Part shown: one piece after another, positions 13,001-24,900 of the stretch
How positions within the stretch are numbered: the first letter of the stretch is position 1
Layout of the letters: each line of letters begins with the position of its first letter
Source: Lingula anatina
Taxonomy: Eukaryota > Animalia > Brachiopoda
Reading direction: 5' to 3'
Assembly (NCBI GenBank): GCA_051362555.1
Contig: JBPQGU010000016.1
Span: 1,860,001-1,924,000 of the forward strand
DNA length: 64,000 nucleotides
Notes under the pieces: model-generated
Databases searched by the model: none
Told to the model about the DNA's origin: nothing
The model's input: only the letters and a program-made list of their open reading frames with translations
Translations under genes and position numbers: made by a program

Positions 13001-14818
13001 CCGCGAAAATGTCGTTACTAAAGTACCGCAAGATGTGAGATGCACTACAACTGGAATATCGTCCGTAGCTTTTCCGCCTTATGCATGGCTCACTACATGT
13101 TAATACTTTGCAAACGCAGATTTGGATTGGATATATTCTTGATTACTGCGTATGCGTCTTCACTTGCCCATCTGAGTTTGCCTTATAACATAAATTAATA
13201 AATACTTAAATAAAAACAAGACATATATAACATGAATTTGTCTCAAAATTCGATTTAAAATCTCGTGTCAAGATTATATACCTTGCGACCCTATGGAGCC
13301 TCGTTTTCGTTTCAGATTCTTCCTCATCACCCTCACAACACCCCCTATGTTGATAACCTAGGGTTTCAGATCGCACCAGGAGAATTTGTGAGCGTTGGCT
13401 TGTCACAGACTAAGGTGCGTGGGTTTGGAGTCCATAAAGGCAAACAGCATGTACAATCGTTAGTCCATAAATGATGGATATTGCATCGCTTTTACTTTGT
13501 TAACTGTGGAACACCACAGACAGGGTACAAAACCCTTCACAAAATTAGGATCCATAACTACTTTTTTAGTTCTGAATTATGTGTTCTTGAGTCTCACTTA
13601 TTTTTACTTAAAATGTTAAAGGAACATAACAAAAAAAAAAAAAAAAAAAAAAACAGAATGCTTTCAGTTTTAATTTCCCCTCGTATCTCTACACCTATTC
13701 TTTGAAATGTTTGGAGACGTATGCATGTGTAATGCCTTTTACAATAAAACCTTAGTACCAGGTGAGGCATTTGTGATGCGCTTTTTTCCTTCGAATTATC
13801 ATAGAGTGTACATTACTGACAAACATACGAGATGCGCCGCCTAGTTTACATATTTTAATGAAGGTATGCATTTCTGACCTTTGTCTGTGTGCCAGTATTT
13901 ATGTTCGTGTTTTTACATACTGCATTTCTTAAAACATTTTTACAGATACAGAATTTGCCTCCACCTTACGGAAAGTGTACGGACAAACATCTGGCGTATT
14001 ATTCTCCCTACACAACTACCCACTGCTTGACTGAATGCAGGTAAAATAAGCGTAGTCACACTGAACAGGTTACATTTCCACCAATGATTTTTTTTTTACA
14101 TTATTAGACGCAGAATCAGCATAAACAGTTGTTTTTCTATTTTTAGTCAGTTTGACTATAAATGTACTCAAGTAAAACACTTCCTCTAATATTTGGGGTG
14201 CTCTCTGAACGCCTTTATTCACCAGATATGTTTGTGCACTGCATCTTCACTGCTTCTAAAGACTATGCCTAAAACCAAGATGATCATGTGGATTACAGAT
14301 ATCAAAATTTCTGGTTAAAAAAAAAAAAATTACCATGTGCGAATGGAATTCAATACATCTAAATTCTGATTCATTATAATAACTTCACAGCTTTTTTTTT
14401 TTTAAGGTTGAATTTCACGATAAGAAGATGTGGTTGCCGAGAGACACACATGGTTCCGGTAGACGACGTGCCTGAATGCTCTCCACTCCAGTATTGGGGC
14501 TGTATTGTGGGCGCCATATCGGAACTTGCCGATGAATATATCAACTGCGCATGCTCTGTCCCGTGCCTTTCATACGATTATGGATACACGATTTCCCACT
14601 CAAAAATGTCAAATGCTTTCTCACAAGTTTTATCCGCAACTTATCCGACATATACCAAGGAGTATTTTTTGGAAAACTATCTCATGTTATCTCTGTATTA
14701 CACGGAGTTGAATTATCAGCTAATAGAACAGCAGGTCGGATACGAGGGACTGGCTCTTTTCGATAGCAATGGGGATGGACATTTTGTATCAGAAATAAAG
14801 ATTTTCTGTAAGAAATGA
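10033..14818 (+). CDS. DEG/ENaC/ASIC-family (amiloride-sensitive channel) subunit, C-terminally truncated with no TM2; possibly a pseudogene
   Basis: Exons 10033 (or 9976)-10545, 11011-11098, 12780-12889, 13316-13414, 13946-14040, 14407-14818. Motifs: TM1 RRIIWLCFVLAGFGFLIY, FPSVTICNNNRFRKS, CRWNG..DLGLCFTFN, GLTLILNTEQYDY, GFQIAPG, LPPPYGKC, CLTEC..CGC..C..C..CACSVPC, YYTELNYQLIEQ..YEGLALF. The GGxxGLxxGxS TM2 does not follow. Confidence 0.85.
11161..11345 (+). mobile_element. MITE copy (same family as 32792-32995)
   Basis: Reverse-complement homology to 32792-32995, sharing aactccctgggg, tacagcttt-agtaggcgggac and tgggaat.gggtct. Confidence 0.65.
11632..11900 (+). repeat. Local ~140-bp tandem duplication in an ENaC intron
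   Basis: tgtcttggcact..gtaacggtaga..cacgcacgaaatgataga..gtgtaggtcaccaaacttaacgcgaaatagaggagataattgaagaggcgt occurs twice. Confidence 0.85.
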
Positions 14819-14970
14819 AGAGCTTTGTGATAACACTAGGGGTGAAGATTCTGTGTCAGAACTAATGGGCTCTGTGATGGCACTGAAGATGAAGACTTTG
14901 TGTCGTAAATAATGGATTTTGTGATAACCTTGGGAATGAAGATCTTGAGCCAGAAATAAGTGACAGTGTG
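14762..14970 (+). repeat. Degenerate ~47-48-bp tandem repeat fused to the end of the ENaC CDS
   Basis: About four units: gatagcaatggggatggacattttgtatcagaaataa, gataacactaggggtgaagattctgtgtcagaactaa, gatggcactgaagatgaagactttgtgtcgtaaataa, gataaccttgggaatgaagatcttgagccagaaataa. Confidence 0.6.
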
Positions 14971-15756
14971 TTTGCCACAGTACAGTACAGTACAGTACAG
15001 TATTTTATCCACTGGAGAAAAATTATATAAGCTTCACGTACATGTAGATCCAAAGCATTAGGCCCTATACAGTAGGTCTACCAGTAGGCTACATGGAGAG
15101 GTCTCTTATTATATACGTCAGCTACCCAGAAAACACATACAATATCATAACGTTAATGTTACAAAACGTTCTGTTCTTCTGCTGGGAAGTAAACACACTT
15201 ACATGTAACTGTATGACTCGAATTTATGAAATGGGAACAATAACTGTTTTATAAAGCTGCTTACTTAGAATAGTTAAGAGAATTAAAAATCCTTTTACTA
15301 TAAGATGTATTTCGGCACACTAGTATAGGTCTGTACAATACGTGAATGCATTAGCAAATGGCATAGGCCAACGTAGTTCTTAATCCATCTGTATGTATAT
15401 CGGATACGGTAAAATTAAATCAAATCCCTCTCTCTTTTCAAGACCCGGATGTACATGCATGTGTGCTAGTTTCCAGTAGTTCATTTCCCAACAGCTAATT
15501 TCCACTGAGCTTACACACTATCAGTATAAAATAAATTTGTGCACTGTAGTTATGTGTCTTTAAATATTGTAAAATTTACGAGTTATATTCCTCTTGTAAA
15601 ATGATAATGTTAATTTTATGAGTGCAGCCGCTAAACGTGCTTTCACAAAATATAATTAGCCCTTCTTGTGATGGGGCCTCCAGCTGGATAGCGTAATGCA
15701 AAGTTAATATTTAATTGTGAATTATTACACTTAAATTACGAAGATATACAGTTGGG

Positions 15757-18700
15757 CTAGCAGAAGTGAACGTAGTCCCCGTTCGGTAAAACAGATGGCA
15801 GTTTATACCTGGGGTTGGTCAAGAGAAAGTAAAGTTCAGGGAGTTTGGTCCTCACCAGCTTCTTTGTACACAATTCCCACTCGTCGGAAATGGTCTTGCA
15901 TCTTTTCCTCTGTGCTCCAAGGATGGACGTGAGGCCCCAGTAAAAGAATTCCGTAAGAAGACATTCAAAATCACAGGTTGGATCTCCAAAGTGATACAGG
16001 CCAGTGCAGTTTGGATATCTGAAAATTGTGTTGAGAACAAAATCATCGAAATTATCAAAACGATGTTTTGTGAGAATTTATTTAAATCAGGAATTGTGAA
16101 TATCGTAGTGTTCTGTTTGATTGTGTCGCCATGGGTAAATTGTACTTTTTTAATTAAAATGTGTCACGGTTGATTAGCTTTTCGTTTTTCTCTTATTTTT
16201 CTAACCTAAGCTTTTGAGAGTGTCATGAATAAACGCATGAGTTTTCATGTCAATGGGACCTACAGCACCTGTTTCGTCACGGGATTATGCTTTAAGTACC
16301 TCATGAAGGTTAAAAATAATAAAAAAAATAATAAACTTATTCTTCCAAAATATGTTTTTGATGTAGTTTGTGCATAGAAGTAATTTGCTTGTCGGTATTC
16401 AAATGTTGTGATCAAGTATATGGCCGCTTTCCCAACAGCGGACTAACAAGTCCGCGGATCAAAGTTTGCCGACCCAGTTGAATGCTTGTTGCGTAATCTC
16501 CGCTGGGAATATACATGTATTCAGTGTTTGCGGTATTAGGGGACTTGTATTCATTTTACAGCGCACAGCGGACGACTCGTGTTGTAGGGCCTACCTAGTA
16601 CAAGTACCAAAATATGAAACCTGATTTGAGGGAAAATCATTTACCTGAATGTATGATTGAATGCAAAGCCACAGTCCTTTATAGCCTTGAGCATAGCCTT
16701 GCCCAGAAGAGATGTGTCATTCTGTGCAAACTGTTCAGGGAAAGCATATGTTATGCCAATATCTTGGATGAGGTGGAGAATCTCTTCAAGAGATTCGTCG
16801 AACTCAGAACTATGTTCCTCTGGTGGATGGATTTCATTGGCCTCCAGGTCTTGGAACATGTATTTCCTGAGAGAAAATAAAAAGTTAAATCAAAGCGAAA
16901 AGTACCACTGACTTGTTGACATTTGATAAATAACTTTAAGGAATTCATTAGACTTGCTATAAATCCGCTATGATTATTCTCCTATTTCATAGCGGGACTT
17001 CTATTGTATTTTAATGTGTATTTTAAGAGATATCTTGGGACATAAGATTAATCCATAGGTCAAAGCACATCAGTGCTTGAAAAATTATTTGTAGTGTGTT
17101 TTCGCATCCACATACCCTTCCGTTGCTTTCTCGACTTGTTCAATCTTGGCGTTCATTTCCGCTTGGTCTCTGAAACAGCGACAGTATTTAATTAATTGCT
17201 TGCGTCGCTACCTCGTATACATGTAGCACAATACACAATGTGTATGGGCCTGTAGAGCCGTATGCTAATCAACTGAATACCAATCCACAACGAAGAGCAA
17301 TATCCCCTTGAACACTGGCAACTTACATGAATGCGGTATATTTGTTGTCTCTTAATCCGAATATAAGGCAATATTCATACTCTAAATAACACGTACAAGA
17401 GAGCTCCGGGGGGCAGGTTGTATATATACAGTGTCATTAAACGATGCTTGTTGGAATAATAATAATAATACTTTTATTAGGTCAATCTTATTTTTCAACC
17501 ATGTTTTTAACCTACAGAGACAGGAATACCCTTTTTATCAACATTAACGACCTAGTACAGGTACTTTAGTATTATCATAACGCTGAAATTTATTCTTCAT
17601 TTACAATGACAAAAATATCAACCTGAACATGATCAACGTAGCCCTTCGTTTCACCATGTTCTTGATCACAGCTGGACTATCCACAAGACCGTCACCATTG
17701 TTATCCAGGTACTGGGCCATCACTCCAGCAGCATGGATCATCTTAACATCCGGGAATCCAGCAGTTGCGACAATATACACGCCAAATACGTTGAGATATT
17801 TCGCAAAGAACGGTTTCAGTTCGGGAACAGTGCTTGGCAAACGAGAGATTGTTTTGTTGACGCAAGGGATGCTGGGATACTTTATAGTGTTTTGGTTCTG
17901 CTTTTGGGCCTTGTGCTGGAACAAAAAGAGAGAAGAGGGAGGGATGGGGGAGGGGGAGGAGGAAAGGGAGGAGGGAGAGGAGTGTAGGGCCACTGAAGAA
18001 GAGGACCTCGAGTCAAATAAGGGCCTGAATACACTGAAAGAGAAGTAAGAGAAGGGATGGTTGATTTTGTCGCCTGCAGGTGTGCTGCACTCATAATCGA
18101 TCTTTCCTGTCGCTGCGCCTGCGCACACTGCCTTTATGTACTGACACCTGTGTCAAAGTAGACAAATAAATATATAAATAAACAATAAACAAAATAAAAT
18201 AAATCAACGATAAGTTAAAAGAATTACATGTACCATAGATACTGTAAACGTTCGTGTCTATGATTGGAAATGAAAACAAACTGCTTGTAATTAAAAATGA
18301 ATAAATAAATGAATAAATAAAAATAAATAAATAAATAAAACTTGTTTTTATTAAAGCTCTTGCAGACAGGCTGAGCTACGCTTTAACCATTTTTTCTAAT
18401 AATTCTAACACGTGTCCTCCATTGACCAGTGGCCACGTTCAGTAAAGGGATGTGGATTTTTAAGTAGGCATGACGTCATAACTCTGCTGACCTCCTGTAG
18501 AAGGCATCGGTCGACCAAGTTACAGGCAGTTCCCATGTTGTTTTCATCACAGCTCAATAAAACACATTCACGATAATATCAGTCAACTTGAACTTACTGA
18601 CTCTGACGCTGTGTAAATAATACTAGGCAGGTGCAGTTGCAACCCGGCCGTTTCTCATTTCCGTATCAGATACAAAATTTGAAAATTCTTTGGAGTGCCG

Positions 18701-19907
18701 TTTGTTTTTCTCGATCTGGAGGTTTGGTATGGGTATTGGGGGGGGGGGGAGGGCTTGGATTGTTGTTTAGTTATCCCTCTTTTCAAATCTTGAGATTCTT
18801 GCAAATGTAAAAAAAAATAATAATAAAAAATTAAAAAAAGAACAATCCTAACGAGTGAATATTATGTTTAAATTAGTTTAATATATTGATTAAAAATATG
18901 GCAAACTCTTACATGTTGTCGTACTTCTTCCCATTGTTGTCACACAGTGGCGTGTCACCTTTGAAATATGAATTCACGCTGCATATGGTGTTCTCATTGT
19001 ATCTTGTACAAAAAGGCAGCACTGGGATGGCAAGAGTAGCTGTAAGAAACGTTGAAAACAAACGTTTACGATCTAATCTTGTTTAGGTCCCCTTTACACT
19101 GGACGGCGTTCTTTCTGCGTCCAGCAGTAAGGACCCATTTGAGAGTTAAAAAATTATAATACTTTACGTGTCGACAACTGGCCGATCATTGAGCATTCAT
19201 TCTGATACAAAATCAATGCTCCTGTCTCCTTATTAAGACCACAGCGATGCTAAATTTCATGGTCGCAGAAAGGACGCAGAAAGGACGCCGTCCAGTGTAA
19301 AGGGGGTATTATGAACAGATACGATGACACACATCTGGATTGGAGGCGATTTTTAGCCCTATGGCACTGAATGAGGTGACCGGTGTATCCTGGCTCTGTC
19401 CATAGAAATGTCTTAGGCTTCGTTCACATGCAATGTCTATTTTCTAATTTCTATTTTCTATTTTCGCTATCTTATGATCACGGTCTGTGCCCTGAATATC
19501 CCGCCGCGTAATTACTGGCAGCGCGAGCCAGTTACTTATAGTAACTTATAGTAACTGGCTCGCGCTGCCAGTAATTACGCCGCGGGATATTCAGGCCACA
19601 GACCGTGATCATAAGACATACCGCAAATAGAAAATAGAATTTAGAAAATAGACATTGCATGTGAACGAAGCCTAAGTGTGAGACCTGAACGTCGGCTTGA
19701 CTTTAATATTACAAGAAAAATGATTTGCCTATAATCTTTAAAGAGTTAATTGAGATGCTTTTGAAAAGTATACTGCACTATTTTGAGGCGAATCAAGGAA
19801 TATCGATAGGAATAGAGTAAACCAACTTTTTAAACCTCGTGATACTCACCATCAAACAACAGCAGTGATAGTACTGAACACTTCCAAATTTTCAAATTCC
19901 CCGACAT
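15757..19907 (-). CDS. Secreted EExxH zincin-like protein, bacterial-like family, copy 1 (~381 aa)
   Basis: Minus-strand exons: 19907-19850, putative 25-nt microexon 18622-18598, 18147-17623, 17169-17116, 16866-16645, 16018-15757 (TAG). Motifs: FAKYLNVFGVYIVATAGFPDVKMIHAAGVMAQYLDNNGDGLVD, FQDLEANEIHP..FDESLEEILHLIQDIG, YHFGDPTCDFECLLTEFFYWGLTSILGAQ..ISDEWELCT..YKLPSVLPNGDY. Confidence 0.85.
19086..19308. mobile_element. MITE (PIF/Harbinger-like TIR)
   Basis: TIR cccctttacactggacggcgttctttctgcgtcc paired with ggacgcagaaaggacgccgtccagtgtaaagggg. Confidence 0.7.
19416..19672. mobile_element. Foldback MITE, near-perfect ~125-bp-arm palindrome
   Basis: ggcttcgttcacatgcaatgtctattttcta...gccagttac is mirrored by gtaactggc...tagaaaatagacattgcatgtgaacgaagcc; flanked by TTA/TAA (TA duplicated). 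Confidence 0.85.
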
Positions 19908-21579
19908 CTTGTGAGAACCCTGTCTGCCAGTGTTAAGCACAGAGCGTGTGTACTTGCTTATTATAACTGTTGGCTTTCAAAATTGTTTTCCTCTTGATGA
20001 TTGTTATAATGACAACTTGCGTACACTACTCTGTCTGCACTAAATGGCAGCTGGGAACAAAACATCTTAAATCCACCAACGTGCTTCTTGATTAAAAACC
20101 TTCCGCGCGAGGTCAACGAGACCCTGTTAAAGTGCACGTTATTGGTAGAGATTATGTTATGTTTCCCTTCTGTATCAGCAGGCTCGCAGGAAGGATTGCA
20201 GTAATCTTGTATGGAAAGGAAGTCACGTCAGAAATTCCTTTTTATGCAGGGTATTATACTCATACGGTTTATTTAAACATTTGGCATCATACCCTTAATA
20301 TCCGTTTTCTGGTTTGAACTTTACTGAAGCTGTGTTGGCCGCGTTTCTCAAGTATGAAGAACGTGGATAAATGCAATCGTTGATAAAGTCCGTCTCTCTG
20401 GGTTTGACCTTGACTCATTTATTTATAAAAGCACGGTTTAGATAATATTTATGGCATATGGTGACTAGCACACATAAAACCCTATTGAATGGTTCGCTGA
20501 ATGGTAATACCAATAAATCATAACACGCCACATGATGTGGGTTTAAAAAAGGAGTGGGTAAGCAACAATATTTAGGAGGAAAGGAAGAAGCCCGTTAAAT
20601 CTATTATAGTACATTTAAGGGGGGTATTAGGTGAGTAGCTATAGCTGACATCCGATGTATTTTAAATGCACAGTAAAATGGGGGTGGGTATTATATGGCC
20701 CAGTAAATGGATTATATGTAATAAACCTTATTTTCAAATTTGAGATGAGGAGAGCTGAGATATGCAGTTCCACATTGCAAATATTATTTTGTGTGAAACA
20801 ATTGTGTTTGCATGCTAAGAGGAACAAAATGGCAATTAAGCTTCACCTTCATGTACCTTCTCACTCAACATACTTCCGGTTTTGAAGTTCATCGCCAACG
20901 GGAGGGGGGGGACTCTGGAAAAAGAGTATGTACTACATTAGAATTACAAAAGTGTTGTTGCCTGCAAATTCGCTGCATCCACTTACGCTCAAACTCCTGT
21001 ATATTATTTTAAAATAAGTTAACACTACATCATGTCCACGAGCATTTGACTTGGTTAACTACAATAACATCTATCCAGATATTTACGGTTCTTACCTTTT
21101 TAAATATTAATAAATATTGGTGTTCCTCTGCATATTTCTATTTCCAATAAATTCCAATAAACAAATATCATGCTTTCCTATTCTCACAAGTCTAAAAATC
21201 TTCCCAGCCGTACACAGGAATAAGGGCAATCGTCTTATCAGTATGGTCTATCTAATCAATGGGACACACGACTGGCACAGATGTGTCACGAAAAAGAAAT
21301 GGAAATTTCGTCTAACGCACTCGGTTAGAAAAAATATAATTGCCAAAGTTCTCACCTCATATAGGGCATTCGACGCAAAAGGCCTAGTTCATCTCAGAAA
21401 AAGTAAGTAAATTACAAGTACTGGAAAGTCCCGTTCTTATTTTAGTCTTAGTGTAAAAGCTAATAGAAATGATTTATTTTAATAATCATATCTGTTGATA
21501 TTGATTTGTAAATATGTCCAATGTCTACGAAAAATGTTTAGGAACAAATATATGTATCATCCTGGTTTAAGTCAGATAA

Positions 21580-21901
21580 AGCACTCGACGCGAAGCTTTA
21601 TGCGAAATGGAGCAGATAATTGTTCCGAACTCATTTCGCTCGTACTTTGAGATAATCTCCGCGATTCATCTATAATCCGTGCATGTTGTGACCTTGTGCG
21701 CGAAATGATAAAACCGAACAGATAGTTCCACCAAAATTCACTGGGGATTTTTGATGCCAACGGCTGTATATATATAACCTAAAATGAACAATGAAAATTA
21801 TCAGCGCCGAGGAAGGGAATAAAGTGGTTTCGAAAAGGCTTAGCTTTGAGACAATAACGCCAGCGACCATCAATTATATTGCGTTATTTTTTGCTGTAGA
21901 G
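21580..21901 (+). promoter_or_regulatory. Promoter/5'UTR conserved between family copies 2 and 4
   Basis: Colinear homology with 47088-47442 (gataaa.cactc..cgcgaa.cttta, gataatctccgcgattcatctata, cgcgaaatgat..ccgaacagat, gatgccaacg, acctaaaatg) immediately upstream of both ATGs. Confidence 0.6.
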
Positions 21902-24900
21902 ATGATGTTAACACATTTATTTCATTGGAAGGGTGTAGTGATGGTACTCTGTTTGGTCCATGGTGAGTACTGACTATTTGCAGAAGGTATTCTCGCTTAA
22001 AAGACAGATTATTTAGATTGCCTGTATTGCATCTGCATTTTTGGGGTAAATCCTTTTTTATAGGTGTTTCAAAAATTGGTTTTGTAAACGTCGACATAAT
22101 ATTTTCTTTTTTACAATATTCCGCATTTTTACTGAACCACTTCTTGGCTACAAAGTCAAGTCATCACCTGGGGTATCATACCATTCTACAAAAAGACATG
22201 ACTAAAATGGCATAACGATTATATTTTTCTTCAGCTTGAAATTTATTACTGTCTGGTAGAAAACATATCAATCCAAGTGTATATCAAAAATATTATAAAT
22301 ACAGCATTTAGTTGACATACCACTAGTGTATTTCTAAATTATGCATTTTTCTTTTAAATTTCAAACTTTAACTAAAATTTTCATGGAATTCCAATGGTAT
22401 TCCCATGCAGGCATAATGCGAGCAATGAAAAAACCTATGGCAACTTTCTAGCGACTGGGATTGCTTAAAGGTTGCTAAAAGGTTGTAAGCGCAGTGTGAC
22501 CAAAGCTTCTGATAAATAAATATGCGTTCCTGCTCGTGCCCCTGCAGCCGTATCCATGTACGGTCGAGTTCCAGTGTAATGCTAGCTTTCAGTACCTCAT
22601 ACGACAACAGGGCTCCGTATCTCGAAAGGTTCGCTATGTTGCGCACGTGCGCAAGCGTCTCGATTCCATAACAGATTCTATTTCGAGATACGGGGATATG
22701 GAATCGAGACACGTGCGCAACATAGCGACCCTTTCGAGATACGGAGCCCAGGGCTGTATCCTCTTCAGGGGGTTTAGTTAGGAACGTCTTCAACCAGTTT
22801 GAATCAGAGCCAAAATATGCCAGGAATATTATAAACGAAGTGTTGCTCAGTATTAAAAAAGAAGACTTAACATTGCTGTTCTTCCATTTCCAACAATCAG
22901 CAAGGGCAGCTGAGAAGACGGCGGCGACATCCATGGTAAAAGCAGAGGAACACAATTTCCCTACTTTGTCCCCCGATCCCGTTCGTTTCCTGTGGCCACT
23001 CAGAACCCTTTTCTTCCCAACCAAACACAAATCAAAGAAGAAGAATAAATATTGTCTTAACACTAGAGACCCCATCTCACCAAAAACCTTGTTGTCTTTA
23101 ATCAAAAGAAAACCAAAAAAGAAGAACAAAAAGTGCCTGGACAAGACAATATCGCCTGTACCAGATACCTTACCAGAGCTGAAGACGTTCTTCGTGAAAT
23201 ACCTCAACGTATTTGGCGTGAATATAGTCGCCACTGCCGGTGTCCCGGATGTTAAGATGATCCATGCTGCCGGAGTGATGGCCCAGTACCTGGATAACGA
23301 TGGTGACGGTTGTGTGGATAGTCCAGCTGTGATCAAGAACATGGTGGAGCGTAGATCTACTATGATCATGTTTAGGTTTGTGTTTTCTGTTATTTCTTTT
23401 ATATTGGGGGCGTTCATATCCAACTTTTAAAACAGGGTGAATCGAATCGATTAATGGTCATGTGCATACGATTATTTTCGTCTTTTTCGTATTATTTCCT
23501 ATTTTACTATAATTTATATGAATAATAGTTCAAATAACACGTGATGTCTCTTTTTTTCTTCTTTCCTTTTTTTTTGGTTTACTGCATTCAAGCTCAAAAC
23601 TTTGGTGTGTTTTTTTGTTTGAAATGGAAAACAAAAACCGTGTTGTTTAGCTATTTTAGATGTAAATAATTTTATAGAAATTTCAATTAAGTGAATCCTT
23701 TTTGAAGAATTTTCAAAATTTTCATGTTTGTTTTTATGTAGAGACGAGGCTGAGTTGGAAGAGCGTGCCGACGAGATTGATGAACTTCTTGACGAGATAA
23801 TTGGGTAAATATTTAAACATTTAATCCATATAAAATTGTCTTGTTTCTGATTATCCTCATGTACCCTTGAGCATTAGGGTTTTAATGTTTTTAATTCGAC
23901 TCTTTGTTAGGACTAGAAAAGCACTCCGAGAGCGCAGACCTCCGCCAAGGCAGCAACTTGTAATTATTATTGATAATTGATTGATTATTGATCCGGATCA
24001 CCACCGAAAACCTATCATCTCTTCCTTGGCCCACTTCTGACAGTTCCTAAAAATTTCATCAAAATCGGTCCATAGCGTATTGAGTTGCGTTGGTGACGGC
24101 AAACAGACAAACAAACAGACAAACAGGGGTGAAAACATAACCGCCTTGGCGGAGGTAGTAATTGCCATGCCATCTCGTACAAGGACGGGCGGGGAGGGGG
24201 ATGGCGAAGGAGTTGGGGAGGGGAGAAGAATGGGTTCAGGCGGGAAGGAGGGCGACGAGTGGGAATTCAGTCATAAGTAGATCCCAGGTTAATAAACTGA
24301 GGCTCTGTGCTACATCGAACCCACCCTCATTAGGTTCTAGCGACGATTTCGCTGCAAAATAATTGTCCTCATTCTAGATTTTGATCCACTTACGTCGCTT
24401 GTCTGTTTCATAGGGAGATTTCCCTGGTAATAGATCTCTATCACGGGGAGATTTCCCTGGTAACGACTTTGTATCACAGGGAGCTCCCCTGGTAACAACT
24501 TTGTATCACAGGAAGCTCCCCCTGGTAACAACTTTAATTTGCATCACAGGGAGCTCTCCTGGTAACAACTTTGCATCACAGGTGCCCTGGCTTCACCTGT
24601 TCACGATTCCAACTCAGTTACGTCACGCTAACCCTTATTTATTTGAATTGAGGGCGGATTCGATGTTACACCTTGTTATAATGCATATAGAAACTACCTT
24701 TCACGACAACAGTGATTATCACCCAATTTGTTCCGCAGAAAAATCAAATTCCAAGCTCTTTTTGGAGATGAAACTCACCCTCCAGAGGAGAGTAGCCCTG
24801 ACTTTGACGCCACTCTGGAAGAGACACTGCACCTTGTCCAAGAAGCTGGATTAGTGAATGCTTTCCCGAGACAGTTTGCTGTTGACGAAGACTCACTACT

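Noticed and set aside
22368-23423. 351-aa minus-strand ORF
   Set aside because: Antisense shadow of copy 2 exon 2 plus a palindromic MITE; it has no coding features of its own.
24405-24590. CRISPR-like repeat array
   Set aside because: Head-to-tail minisatellite with no unique spacers, in a eukaryotic intron, with no cas genes.
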